Assembly: GCA_945487905.1 (NCBI GenBank)
Contig: CALYTW010000001.1
Span: 15,600 to 79,599 of the forward strand
DNA from: an uncultured cyanobacterium
Lineage (GTDB): Bacteria > Cyanobacteriota > Vampirovibrionia > Gastranaerophilales > Gastranaerophilaceae
Length of the DNA: 64,000 bases
Direction: 5' to 3'
Shown here piece after piece: positions 48,340 through 58,584 of the stretch. The translations under genes were made by a program, and so were the position numbers. The notes under the pieces were generated by a model. It ran no database searches, was not told where the DNA came from, and was given only the letters and a program-made list of their open reading frames with translations. Each line of letters opens with the position of its first letter. The first letter of the stretch is position 1.

Positions 48340-49053
48340 TCACAAATCCAGTTTAGCTATTTTTACACCAAAAACACTCTCAACATCGACTCCATTGAGA
48401 ATTCCGGTAATCAAATCTTCAGGTTTTATATTATTGCCGAGATTAGGAACCATTCCCAAAACTTTGGCATCAGAATATTCTTCAATAATACGAATCAAAA
48501 CAGTTAATCTTTTGTTATCATCTTCCGATTTTATATTATTAATTATTACTCCGTTAACTTTCACACCTTTGGATTCAGCCGTATAAATTGACGTGAGTAT
48601 ATTATTTATCGAATTTTCATTTGGCGTAACAGTGAATAAAACAGGTGTCATTAGTTTGTTTATTAAATCTATATTGCAGGTAGAAGGTGCAATCGGAGTC
48701 AATATCCCGCCTTCTCCGTCAAGAATTATGCAATCAGAAGTTACGGCAAACTTTTTTGCATCCTTGAATATGTAATCGATATCAATCGAAACACCTTCTG
48801 CCTCAGAAGCCGAAAGCGGATTTTCCTGACTTGTAAAAAGATAGGTAAAATGGGTTTCAATATATGGATCAAGCTGTTTAACAAATGTTAAATCCGGAGA
48901 CTGCATAAATCCTTTTTTGTCAATACCGCCCAGCTGTATAGGTTTATATACCGCAGTTTTATAGCCCAAACTTTGCATAACTGCAGCAAGCCCGGCAGTT
49001 ATATACGTTTTTCCTTCGCCTTTTTCAGGAGATGTGATATAAAGATTTAACAT
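48340..49053 (-). CDS. bioD: dethiobiotin synthase-like P-loop protein
   Basis: LYITSPEKGEGKTYITAGLA..YKPIQ resembles the BioD N-terminus. No other bio genes are nearby. Confidence 0.6.
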   Translation of the reverse strand: MLNLYITSPEKGEGKTYITAGLAAVMQSLGYKTAVYKPIQLGGIDKKGFMQSPDLTFVKQLDPYIETHFTYLFTSQENPLSASEAEGVSIDIDYIFKDAKKFAVTSDCIILDGEGGILTPIAPSTCNIDLINKLMTPVLFTVTPNENSINNILTSIYTAESKGVKVNGVIINNIKSEDDNKRLTVLIRIIEEYSDAKVLGMVPNLGNNIKPEDLITGILNGVDVESVFGVKIAKLDL

Positions 49054-49085
49054 AAGAAAATCTTACCACAACTTTGCACAATTTG

Positions 49086-49643
49086 TTATATCCCCGAATC
49101 TATAGTTTCTTTAATATATTGTCTGATTGCCGGAGTAATCATTAAATCAGGTTCTTCTGCGCATACTTCGTCAAGAAGGTTTACGCCCTTTCTCTTTTGT
49201 CCTGTCTTTATATACAAAATTCCAAGCTGAATTTTTTTGTAAACGTCATTTGCTCCGTACAACTCGTCTATCTTCTTTTGAGCTATACCAAGATTAACAT
49301 AGCAGTCCGCCATATTGATATAGTATTTGAAGTTTAATCCATACAGATTCAATGCATTTTCAAAACAATCTTTTGCCATATCAGGGTAGCCTATAAAATT
49401 ATAAGTTTCCCCCAAATTGTTGTAAAATATAGCACTTGCCTGTGTTGAAGGACTTAAAGAAATTGCTATTTTGAACTCCTGAATCGCCGCATAATAGATT
49501 CTGTCCTGAAGATAATTTAACCCGACATTGTTATGATAAAACGCATCTTTCCCGGCTTCTATTGTATAGCGGTATGACTTTCTGTAACCTGTACAAAAAA
49601 CCAGAGAAGACAACAAAAAAATTGTTATAATTTTTTTTATCAT
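49086..49643 (-). CDS. TPR-like lipoprotein or exported protein
   Basis: Signal/lipobox-like LLSSLVFCTG, followed by TPR-like units. Confidence 0.6.
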   Translation of the reverse strand: MIKKIITIFLLSSLVFCTGYRKSYRYTIEAGKDAFYHNNVGLNYLQDRIYYAAIQEFKIAISLSPSTQASAIFYNNLGETYNFIGYPDMAKDCFENALNLYGLNFKYYINMADCYVNLGIAQKKIDELYGANDVYKKIQLGILYIKTGQKRKGVNLLDEVCAEEPDLMITPAIRQYIKETIDSGI

Positions 49644-50572
49644 AATAAAGATATTTCCAAACCTTCATAAGCCATTATTGCATTAGAATCAGCGTATTCT
49701 TCCGCAAGCATATCAAGTTTTTCATCATCATAACTCGGATCATAATGGAAAAATACTATCTTTTTCGCCTCTATCTGGTTTTTGCAATCCAGTGCCATTT
49801 CAAAAGTTGAATGTCCGAAGCCTTGTTTCGGAACATAAATACTCAGATAATCCTCAGTACAATATTGTGCATCGTGTATTATAAGATCACACCCTTTTGC
49901 AAATTTAACAAGCTTCTTATCACCGCCGGGGTAACTTTCTTTGTCCGTAGCATACACAAGACTTTTTCCTTTGTATTTGATTTTATATACCAATACGCCG
50001 TTTTGCGGGTGTGCATACGATTTGTAGCAGGTTATTACAACGTCTTCATCGTTGTAATCTCCGTCTTTCAAATCATTTACCCTTATAACCCTCGGTAATT
50101 CTTCATCTTTTTTAAATATAATGTAATTTGTTTCATTCAAATCCATTATGTGCAAATCCGCCGCAATATCTCCTAAATCAAGCGGGAATGATTTTGTAAA
50201 AAGAAGTTTGGAAAGCTCAGCCTCCAAAGATTCGTTATACCCGACACCACCCAAAAGCCCAATTTTTGTTGAGGCTAAATGTGATGGTCTGAAAAACGGA
50301 AAACCTTGAATATGGTCTAAGTGAATATGGCTCAGTAATATTGAACATCTGACAGGTGTTCTGTCCGTAATCGTCGTTCCGGATTCTATATACTTTTGCA
50401 TAAGTTCGTTTCCAAGGCTTATCAATCCAGTTCCCGCATCAAGTATTATCAAATGCCCTCCGACATTAATTTCCACGCAGGAAGTGTTCCCTCCGTACTT
50501 TAAAAAATTTTTTTCAGGGACAGGATAACTGCCTCGCACACCTCTAAATTTGATTCTGAATTCTTCCGCCAT
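49640..50572 (-). CDS. MBL-fold metallo-hydrolase
   Basis: LSHIHLDHIQG (HxHxDH motif). 4-nt overlap with the downstream gene. Confidence 0.75.
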   Translation of the reverse strand: MAEEFRIKFRGVRGSYPVPEKNFLKYGGNTSCVEINVGGHLIILDAGTGLISLGNELMQKYIESGTTITDRTPVRCSILLSHIHLDHIQGFPFFRPSHLASTKIGLLGGVGYNESLEAELSKLLFTKSFPLDLGDIAADLHIMDLNETNYIIFKKDEELPRVIRVNDLKDGDYNDEDVVITCYKSYAHPQNGVLVYKIKYKGKSLVYATDKESYPGGDKKLVKFAKGCDLIIHDAQYCTEDYLSIYVPKQGFGHSTFEMALDCKNQIEAKKIVFFHYDPSYDDEKLDMLAEEYADSNAIMAYEGLEISLL

Positions 50573-50575
50573 ATT

Positions 50576-51565
50576 CTATTCCTTATTTTTAGTAATTTCA
50601 AATGTTATATTTCTGTCTGTGTCAGTACCATGCAAATTATCCGTTCCCAAAACCCTCAATTTTGCTCTTGTCTGAATTTCTTTAAGATTTGTTTCCTTTA
50701 AAAACACGTCAACAAGCGTTCTTTTTTTATTCGAATTGATATTAATTATTCTAAACCCGTTCGGATATGAAACCAAAGAAGGAGAGGAAATATATATAAT
50801 ATTATCACTCTGTCTTGCTCTTACGCAATGATAATGTCCCTGTAAAACGATTATAGGGTTTGTATATCCTTTTAAAAGACTCTTTATTTCATACTCATTT
50901 TTCATTTTATGACTCGGACTTGAAAACGGTTCATCTATCGGAACATGGGTGCAAATAATTACAACATCGCTCGTATGATTGTCAAGTTCTTCCTTCAGCC
51001 ATTCCGTTTCTGTTTTATAAAGCTCTCCGTTTGTCGTAATTTTATAGTCAATTATCGAATCCAAACAAATTACCCTGAATCCTCTCTTGGGTGTGAATGC
51101 ATAATATATTGAATCTCCATGCATATTTCTGTTATTAGAATTCAACATTTTTTTAAATTTTTGTTTTGTTAAAGTTCCTCCGACCGCAATATCATGATTT
51201 CCGTCAATTGCATACCAAGGATAATTAATTTTGTCCGCATATTTTAGAAAATTCTCCAGTTCTGTTTCCTTCGGAGTATTTACTAAATCTCCTGTAAAAA
51301 TCACAAAATCATAAGGTCCGGAAGTGTTCAGCTGAAAAATTGCATCTTCCAATAGAGAAGAAGACTTTTTCAGCATTTTATAAGAAGTATTTTCTTCATA
51401 AGATGAATAATGTACATCGCTTATTTGAGCAATTCTCAAGTTATTATTTGCCGCTGTACACATTTGAGAACTTATTGCACACGCTATAAAAATCGTTAAT
51501 ACGAAATTAACAACTTTCTGAAAAAAACTCTCTTTCTTTGCTTTTTTTAGGAACTTTTTAGGCAT
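50576..51565 (-). CDS. calcineurin-like metallophosphoesterase, exported
   Basis: ISDVHYS, TGDLVN, and DGNHD motifs. N-terminal TM/signal segment. Confidence 0.75.
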   Translation of the reverse strand: MPKKFLKKAKKESFFQKVVNFVLTIFIACAISSQMCTAANNNLRIAQISDVHYSSYEENTSYKMLKKSSSLLEDAIFQLNTSGPYDFVIFTGDLVNTPKETELENFLKYADKINYPWYAIDGNHDIAVGGTLTKQKFKKMLNSNNRNMHGDSIYYAFTPKRGFRVICLDSIIDYKITTNGELYKTETEWLKEELDNHTSDVVIICTHVPIDEPFSSPSHKMKNEYEIKSLLKGYTNPIIVLQGHYHCVRARQSDNIIYISSPSLVSYPNGFRIININSNKKRTLVDVFLKETNLKEIQTRAKLRVLGTDNLHGTDTDRNITFEITKNKE

Positions 51566-51608
51566 AATTACTATTTATATAATAATCTATTATTGAAAAA
51601 AAATCCAT

Positions 51609-51618
51609 GGGGGGGGGG
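51609..51618. repeat. G10 homopolymer (preceded by A8 at 51596-51603)
   Basis: AAAAAAAATCCATGGGGGGGGGG read directly, 44-53 nt upstream of the phosphoesterase start codon. Confidence 0.95.
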
Positions 51619-51703
51619 ATAAATATGTGGAGGCATATATAAAGGAGTCGGAAAATATTAAGGGGCTGAAATATTAAACTTTAGTCTGATTTTTTGATTC
51701 AGT

Positions 51704-53668
51704 TTAATATATATTTCCGTAAACCCAATATGTTCTTAATACTTTTTTAACGTAGTTTTTTGTTTCAGAATAAGGTATTTGTTCAACAAATTCGTCAGTA
51801 TCACTGTAAATCAGCTTAGAAAACCAGTTCGTTACAGAACCGATTCCGCCGTTGTATGCTGATATTGCATACAAATCTTTATTCCCAAGGACTTTTTTCA
51901 AACTCTCATAATATAAACTTCCTGCTTGTATATTACTCTCAGGGTTGAAAATATCCCCTTTAATTCCGTGATTGTTTGTTACTTCTTTGTATGTTGCAGG
52001 CATTAACTGCATTAACCCGCCTGCTCCGACAGAACTTCCGGCAAACGGATTAAAGTGGCTTTCTTCTTTTAATATAGCTTGAAGTATTACCGGATTGTTG
52101 TTGTTTCTGTATTTAGTTATGTCATTATAGTAGTGAAGCGGATAGATTAATCTCCACCTTAAATCGTTAAACGGAGGTTTTACAGCCATTTCTTCCATTG
52201 CATTGCGGGCTAAAATTGCTGAAATTGTATAATCGCCTTTTTGATATGCTATCCAGCTTTGAATAAATTTATCCCGCTTGCACAATTCTTCTACCAAATC
52301 GTAATCTTTTAAAAGTGCAAGTTTTATAACAAGATTGTTTTCCATGGATTTTTTGTACGGAAACGCAACTGTTTTGTTTACCAAGCTTTCAAAAGGAAAC
52401 ATTCCGTCAGCCTTATAAAGATTATAATTCGCTCTGAAAGCATAATAAGAATCGGGGTAATCAGCTATTGTTTTCTTATAATATTCGTTTGCACTTTCGT
52501 AGTGCTTTAACTTATTGGAAATTTTCCCCATAAAATAAACAACTGCCGGACTTGATTTTACATTAGGGAATTTTTTAAGGTGTAAATATCCGAGTCTCTG
52601 AGCCTCAAAATACTTTTTCTGCAAGTATTTTGTCATAAAGAGGTTGTAAAGGGCATCCGCAGAAAATTGTCCGTTCGGGTATTTTTCATACAGGGTTCTA
52701 AAACAAGCTTCTTTAGCATTTGAAGGAACAACTTCACTACAGTTCATATAATCAATATAATCTGCACCGGTCGATTTGTACCCCTGTGATGCAAGATAAT
52801 TTATTCCGGCTGTTCTTGAAGATGATATTTTCAGATAATTGTCAATAACTTCAAATACTTCTTTCTCAACAGCTCCGTCAGCGTAGTCTTTTAACCCTGT
52901 CTCTGTATAATATTTAACTTTGTCGTTATTGCCGAGTTTATATTCATTTTTCGCAAAATCCGTCCAGCTGACAGCAAGAGTTGTCTTGTTTAAATAATCC
53001 TTTGCTTTTTCAAAATCTCCGTTTTCGTAATAAACTTTTGCAATTAAAAGGTTGTCGTAATTATTGAATTTTAAACCGAGTTTTTGCAATTCTTCGGCGG
53101 ATTTTATTGCATAGCGTCCGTCAGGAGCCTTTCTTATATAGTTTTTAAAACTAATTGCCGAATTTTCTATAGCTTTTTGTTTGCGTTTTTCGTTTTTAGG
53201 CAGGTTATTAACCGCAATTACACCTAAAAAATATTCTGATGCCGTTGCATAATCGCTTGTCGGATATTTATTTATTATGTGTTGAAAATGTTTTTTTGCA
53301 CCATTATCTTTTAATTCAAGCATTAGATTTGCCATATTGTACTCGCTGATAGGCACAATACTGGATTTTGAACCCGATTGTGCAATTTTATTATACTTCC
53401 TGACGGCAAGCTCTTTTTTGCCCATATTGGTGGCACATCTTGCTTGTCTGAATAGAGCGGGTTCTTTTAAACTTGAACTCGACGGTACTTTTCCAAATTT
53501 GTAATATGCTTTTTCAAAATCGGAAGCTTTATAACTCTCAAGAGCCGATTGGTATGCTGTTATACCTCTGTCTTCAGATGAAAATTTGTTATATGCAAGA
53601 TATCCGACCAATAAAACCGCCGAAAAAATAAATATATATATATCGTACTTTTGTCTTCGCCTTCTCAT
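51704..53668 (-). CDS. soluble lytic murein transglycosylase-like protein (TPR/superhelical N-domain + SLT domain)
   Basis: SLT catalytic region ILKEESHFNPFAGSSVGAGGLMQLMPATY and AYNGG. Confidence 0.8.
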   Translation of the reverse strand: MRRRRQKYDIYIFIFSAVLLVGYLAYNKFSSEDRGITAYQSALESYKASDFEKAYYKFGKVPSSSSLKEPALFRQARCATNMGKKELAVRKYNKIAQSGSKSSIVPISEYNMANLMLELKDNGAKKHFQHIINKYPTSDYATASEYFLGVIAVNNLPKNEKRKQKAIENSAISFKNYIRKAPDGRYAIKSAEELQKLGLKFNNYDNLLIAKVYYENGDFEKAKDYLNKTTLAVSWTDFAKNEYKLGNNDKVKYYTETGLKDYADGAVEKEVFEVIDNYLKISSSRTAGINYLASQGYKSTGADYIDYMNCSEVVPSNAKEACFRTLYEKYPNGQFSADALYNLFMTKYLQKKYFEAQRLGYLHLKKFPNVKSSPAVVYFMGKISNKLKHYESANEYYKKTIADYPDSYYAFRANYNLYKADGMFPFESLVNKTVAFPYKKSMENNLVIKLALLKDYDLVEELCKRDKFIQSWIAYQKGDYTISAILARNAMEEMAVKPPFNDLRWRLIYPLHYYNDITKYRNNNNPVILQAILKEESHFNPFAGSSVGAGGLMQLMPATYKEVTNNHGIKGDIFNPESNIQAGSLYYESLKKVLGNKDLYAISAYNGGIGSVTNWFSKLIYSDTDEFVEQIPYSETKNYVKKVLRTYWVYGNIY

Positions 53669-53837
53669 CCAAACTTAATTCCATTTTTATATTATCCTTT
53701 TCTTCTGCTCGAAAAGATATAATAATTTCCCTTTATACTATCTTAATATATATCTATGCAAAAAGAAAATTCTGTAATAAAAAATTACATTCTTTCTCCA
53801 GACAAGTATTTATTGTCGGATAAAACAACCTGTCCTG

Positions 53838-54878
53838 TTACTGAAATTTCCTTATATCATTTACTCTCAAAGCAAAATAAGGCTGAGTTCTTGTCTGTCC
53901 TTTCGGTTTTTCTTTTAAGAAAATAACAAACGTATTATCAAGATAAAAATATCTCGAACCAATATTCTCTGCTTCGTCCGTCTGAGAAAACGCAGTTTCT
54001 ATCGTAATTTCAGCCTCGCTTTTGGGTTGAACGACTTTGTTATCCATGTTGAATTGTATTGTCTCAACTGCCTGACCTATGGTAAGATTTGTTCCCATTA
54101 TTCTTTGTGAAGTTAATTCATTAAAAGTTTTTGTGATATCAAATTTTATCTCCGGAACTTTTAATTCATCAGTACCATTAAAGGTTTTTGACCCTGTATA
54201 TTTTGAAGCTTTGACGGTCATATCTTTATATAGCGACTGAAAATCTTTATTTGCACCATTTTTATACAAATAAACCTCGTCATTACCTTTTGCGGGCAGA
54301 ATAATCGCAAAATCATACTGATTGTTATAATACAAAACCTTTATATCTTGTCTTTTTTCCGAATCAGTGTTTGCATCTATACCGAAATATTGTGCCGTCA
54401 TATCTTTACCGAATTTGGAAACGCCAAGCTTATCATATTCATTGGTAAATTCAAAGTCCTTTTTAAGCATTGTATAAATTAAAAAACTTGAGGAATTCGG
54501 TGAAAAATCTAATCCGTCAAGAATATCGCTTGTTTCATTAAATTTTTTCTTCAACGCTTTGGTTATTATTTTTTGAGTGTTTTTATTAACTTTTCCAAGG
54601 TACTTGTAATAACATTTTTCAGAGAGACTTGTTCCCGTAAAAGATTTCCGGTTAAGCTCTTTTGCTGTCATTGGCGTACTCTCCCTGAATCTTACGGGCA
54701 TGCGGGTATATTTATCTAAAAGTTCATTCCAAGCGATTTGAAATGTTCCCGCCCAAACTCTGTCCTGTTCGTTACTTCTGGAGAGCATTGCCGGCTGAAC
54801 TTCAATTTCAGAAGCAATTGCAGGAATAAAAATTGATAATATAAAAATTGTTATTAAACTCCAAACTTTATTTTTCAT
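53838..54878 (-). CDS. secreted protein, tentatively serpin-like
   Basis: Signal peptide. Order of motifs resembles the serpin core: DFAIILPAKG; LKVPEIKFDI; hinge-like SEAEITIETA; FYLDNTFVIFL..YFALRV. By-eye pattern only. Confidence 0.4.
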   Translation of the reverse strand: MKNKVWSLITIFILSIFIPAIASEIEVQPAMLSRSNEQDRVWAGTFQIAWNELLDKYTRMPVRFRESTPMTAKELNRKSFTGTSLSEKCYYKYLGKVNKNTQKIITKALKKKFNETSDILDGLDFSPNSSSFLIYTMLKKDFEFTNEYDKLGVSKFGKDMTAQYFGIDANTDSEKRQDIKVLYYNNQYDFAIILPAKGNDEVYLYKNGANKDFQSLYKDMTVKASKYTGSKTFNGTDELKVPEIKFDITKTFNELTSQRIMGTNLTIGQAVETIQFNMDNKVVQPKSEAEITIETAFSQTDEAENIGSRYFYLDNTFVIFLKEKPKGQTRTQPYFALRVNDIRKFQ

Positions 54879-54915
54879 AAAAACACCCCTCTTGGTTTTA
54901 TGATAACATAGAGTT

Positions 54916-56028
54916 ATGAGAATTGATACTTTTAAAATTGAAGAATGGATGAATCTTTATTGCCCTTCTGCTAAATATGATTTAACAACAACTTGTATCG
55001 AACCGCTCTCTATTCGGGAACTTATGACCATAAGCGGGATTGCAAGACCCCTCGAAATTTTTGATACAAAACTTACTTACGGAGATATTCACGGTTCAAG
55101 AAGGTTAAAATCAGCAATAAAAAGTTTATATCGAAACCTTGAGCTTGAAAATATTACAGTTACTCACGGAGCAATCGGTGCAAATCAGCTGGTTTTTGAG
55201 TCAATACTGGATAAAGGAGACGAGGTTATTGCCGTTGTTCCTGCATATCAACAGCATTATTCCATTCCAAAAGCACTCGGAGCAAACGCTAAATTGGTAT
55301 TCCTTCGTGAGGAAAACAACTGGCAGTTAAACCTTAATGATATCAAAAATGCCTTAACTTACAAAACCAAGCTTATTTGTCTTAACAATCCTAACAACCC
55401 TACGGGAGCGGTTATTCCTGATGAAACCCTGAAAAGAATTGTTGAAATTGCAAAGTCTCACAATATATGGATTCTTTGCGACGAAGCATACAGGGGTTTG
55501 AATTTAGTCGGAAATCCTTATTCAGAATCAATTGCAGATTTGTATGAAAGAGGTGTTGCAACAGGAAGCATGTCGAAAACATACTCATTACCCGGACTCA
55601 GGGTCGGCTGGATTGCCGGGCGAATTGATTTAATAAATGAAGTGAACAAACATAGAGAATATAACACAATAAGCGTAAGCATTGTCGATGATTATTATGC
55701 GTCAGTTGCTCTCGAAAATAAAGATAAAATTTCACAGAGAAATTTTGCAATTATGAAGAATGGTTTGAATATTTTGAATGACTGGCTTAGAGGAGAAGTT
55801 TACGTCAAGGCAAATCTTCCTCAAGGTGGAACTACGGCACTTTTAAGGTATAAAAAAGATATTCCTTCAAGAACACTATGCAGAAATTTGCAGCAAGCAA
55901 CAGGGGTCGCCCTGCTCCCCGGTGAAACCATGGAAATGGAAGGTACGGTAAGAGTCGGGTTTTGTATTGACACAACAGTGCTGAAAACAGGCTTAAAGGA
56001 ATTTTCCAAGTTTATACGGTTGATTTAA
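54916..56028 (+). CDS. class I/II PLP-dependent aminotransferase
   Basis: NNPNNPTG, and SMSKTYSLPGLRVGW (PLP lysine). Confidence 0.8.
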   Translation: MRIDTFKIEEWMNLYCPSAKYDLTTTCIEPLSIRELMTISGIARPLEIFDTKLTYGDIHGSRRLKSAIKSLYRNLELENITVTHGAIGANQLVFESILDKGDEVIAVVPAYQQHYSIPKALGANAKLVFLREENNWQLNLNDIKNALTYKTKLICLNNPNNPTGAVIPDETLKRIVEIAKSHNIWILCDEAYRGLNLVGNPYSESIADLYERGVATGSMSKTYSLPGLRVGWIAGRIDLINEVNKHREYNTISVSIVDDYYASVALENKDKISQRNFAIMKNGLNILNDWLRGEVYVKANLPQGGTTALLRYKKDIPSRTLCRNLQQATGVALLPGETMEMEGTVRVGFCIDTTVLKTGLKEFSKFIRLI

Positions 56029-56999
56029 GGTATAATATCCGGAAAAATAAATTGAGGAATTTTATATTCGTCAGGATTTTGTTCAAGCAGTTTTGCAACA
56101 CCTTCTTTAACCTCGCAACCATACATGTTTATTGAAGAAAACCCGACATCTTCAGCAAGCCGTCTAACTTTTTCGTCATATTTTATCCCAAGCGTTTTGA
56201 CTCCAGCTTTAGAAGCTATCATGCAGGCATGAAATCTCATTCCGATAAAATATTCAAGATTTGAAAGCTCATGAATTGCTTCTGGTACATTCATGTCTTT
56301 TACAATTTTAGGAATACACCCTTTTGCAGAAAGCATTTCGGCAAATTTATCTATTACGGGTAAATCAATTGTGTCATGTAGAGAGAAAAGTTTTATTTCA
56401 TGGTTTGGGAACTTTGCTAAAATTTCATCCGCAAGATTTACAAGAAATTCATTTGTCAAAGCCCTAAAACCTCTCAGCTGAACTCCTATTCCAAAGTGTT
56501 CGCTATCAGGTATTTCAAGTTCATACACAGGGTCGGAAACAAGTTCTGATTCTATTCCCAGAGATTTCAAATATTCCTGAGATTTTTTATCACGAACTGA
56601 AATCCTGTCACATTGTTTTAAGACAAATTTTGTTAAAAATTTGCCAGTTTTGGTTCTGAATTTTGAAAAACCCTGAGCAAAAATAAACACTTTTTTGCCG
56701 AATACAAGTGCCGTCATAATAACCGAAAGGTAATATAAAAGGCTTTTCAGACTGGTAATGTCCTGTAAAAGGCTTCCTCCTCCGGATATAAGCACATCCG
56801 ATTCCAGAATCGGTTTTATAAAATTAAGCATCGGTGCAGCATCTACTCCGTACGAATTTGCTGTTTTTTGCGGATTAATCGACAGATAAGTAATTTTTTC
56901 CGCACCGTTTTTTTTTAGATAATTGGACAAAACGCTTGCTATAGCTTCATCGCCGAAATTGTCAAAACCTACATATCCGGATATTAAATATTTTGTCAT
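56025..56999 (-). CDS. csaB: polysaccharide pyruvyl transferase CsaB-like
   Basis: ISGYVGFDNFGDEAI N-terminus, GGGSLLQD, and MRFHA. Confidence 0.7.
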   Translation of the reverse strand: MTKYLISGYVGFDNFGDEAIASVLSNYLKKNGAEKITYLSINPQKTANSYGVDAAPMLNFIKPILESDVLISGGGSLLQDITSLKSLLYYLSVIMTALVFGKKVFIFAQGFSKFRTKTGKFLTKFVLKQCDRISVRDKKSQEYLKSLGIESELVSDPVYELEIPDSEHFGIGVQLRGFRALTNEFLVNLADEILAKFPNHEIKLFSLHDTIDLPVIDKFAEMLSAKGCIPKIVKDMNVPEAIHELSNLEYFIGMRFHACMIASKAGVKTLGIKYDEKVRRLAEDVGFSSINMYGCEVKEGVAKLLEQNPDEYKIPQFIFPDIIP

Positions 57000-57928
57000 T
57001 AAACCTTCTCCAAAACAGCGTCAATATAAGGAATTGCCTGTATTGCACCATAATTTTGAGTTTGCAAGCCTGAAACAACAGAGGCAAACTTTGATGCATC
57101 ACTCGGAGAATAACCGTTTGTAATTGCATATATATAACCGCCGTTAAATACATCTCCGGAAGCTGTTGTATCGATTGCCTTTTGAGTATTATAAAATTCT
57201 GTAAAACTTATTTCTCCACGATAACCGGTATAATATCCGTTATCAATATGAGATTTTATAACTATTAATTTTACTCCTCTGTCCCAGAAATATTGCATAA
57301 TTTTGTCAACCGAGTTTATCTCATAAAGCCTTAATGAATCGTTTTTAAGGCTTAAAAACACTATATCCGTATACTCAATAATTTCTTCAAAGTATTCTTT
57401 TGTATCATCAGAATTCATAAAGCAAGAGGTGTAATTCGGGTCATAAGCAGTAAGCACTTCGTTTTCTCTCGCCTTTTTGAAAGCTTCTCTTACAAGCTCT
57501 CTGGAACTTGCAGAAAGCGATTGAACAACCCCTGTCGAGTATATAAGTTTTAATTTTTTAATATCTTCTTCCTGAAAATCATCAACCGAAAGTTTTGTTG
57601 CTGCAGTTTTACGCTTGTAGTATAAAACCTCTTTTTTATCAAGAGTATGTGCTACAACATACATTCCGTTCTGTTCATCATTGGTTTTTATAAGTGAAGT
57701 GTCAATATTTTCTTTCTGCAAAGCCGATAATATAAATTCACTAAAGCCGTCATTACCGACTTTTGTTACATAGCTGACATTCCCTCCGAGTCTTGCAATT
57801 GCCACAGCAGTGGTCACCGTGTCTCCACCAAAATATTTATTCAAAGTTGAAGTTTCCGCAAGTTTTCCGTTTGCAGAAAGCTCTATCAAGCATTCACCAA
57901 TTACTGCAACATCTATTTTTTGTTCCAT
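56999..57928 (-). CDS. kdgK: PfkB-family sugar kinase (2-dehydro-3-deoxygluconokinase-like)
   Basis: GGDTVTTAVAIARLGG and DTTASGDVFNGGY. Adjacent to and overlapping eda. Confidence 0.75.
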   Translation of the reverse strand: MEQKIDVAVIGECLIELSANGKLAETSTLNKYFGGDTVTTAVAIARLGGNVSYVTKVGNDGFSEFILSALQKENIDTSLIKTNDEQNGMYVVAHTLDKKEVLYYKRKTAATKLSVDDFQEEDIKKLKLIYSTGVVQSLSASSRELVREAFKKARENEVLTAYDPNYTSCFMNSDDTKEYFEEIIEYTDIVFLSLKNDSLRLYEINSVDKIMQYFWDRGVKLIVIKSHIDNGYYTGYRGEISFTEFYNTQKAIDTTASGDVFNGGYIYAITNGYSPSDASKFASVVSGLQTQNYGAIQAIPYIDAVLEKV

Positions 57929-58542
57929 TTTGTATAATCCTTAACTTCGGTTAAAATTTCCTGAGTTCTTTCGGTAATTTCTACAGGCTTAAATCCGTAA
58001 TAGAAATCACGTCCAACAGCTACGGCAGATGCTCCTGCCTGAAGATATGAAACAACATCGTTCAACTTTATATCCCCTGTCGGCATAAGATTTAAAAACG
58101 GCATTTGTCTCAAGATATTCTCTACATATTGGATTCCGCCCATTGCTTCTGCAGGAAAAAGTTTTATCAATTGGATTCTGGACTTCCATGCTTCATAAGC
58201 TTCGTTTGCTGTGGTTGTTCCAGCTATAAAAGGTATATTCAAGTTTTTTGAAATTCTGACCAAACTCATTTGAAAGATAGGTGACGCAAAAAGTTTTGCA
58301 CCGTTTTTAAATGCCCAGTTCGCCTGAGTTGATGTTATAATCCCACCTGCACATACAATTGCTGATTTTGAAACTTCATTTATTGCTTCATAAATTGCGG
58401 GAGATTCAACATTTATTTCCAAAACCCTTATGCCGCCTTTAATTAATGCATTAGCTATTTCTATGGTTTTTTCCGGATTTTTGTTTCTTATTATGGGATA
58501 TACTTTATCCTCGGCTATTATACTTAAATAATTTTCACTCAT
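57913..58542 (-). CDS. eda: KDPG / 4-hydroxy-2-oxoglutarate aldolase
   Basis: PIIRNKNPE.., GIRVLEIN, GAGGIIT, KLFPA. Confidence 0.8.
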   Translation of the reverse strand: MSENYLSIIAEDKVYPIIRNKNPEKTIEIANALIKGGIRVLEINVESPAIYEAINEVSKSAIVCAGGIITSTQANWAFKNGAKLFASPIFQMSLVRISKNLNIPFIAGTTTANEAYEAWKSRIQLIKLFPAEAMGGIQYVENILRQMPFLNLMPTGDIKLNDVVSYLQAGASAVAVGRDFYYGFKPVEITERTQEILTEVKDYTKWNKK

Positions 58543-58584
58543 TTAAACGAATCCTTTTTGCTTAATTTATTATATCATAAATAA

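Noticed and set aside
48086-48586. 166-aa plus-strand ORF antisense to rsmD/bioD. Similar long antisense ORFs: 60073-60564(-), 18109-18588(+), 12964-13368(-), 10036-10353(-), 40213-40533(-)
   Set aside because: Each lies entirely within a well-supported gene on the opposite strand. Their compositions are Ser/Leu/Phe/Ile-rich and junk-like, and no RBS is present.
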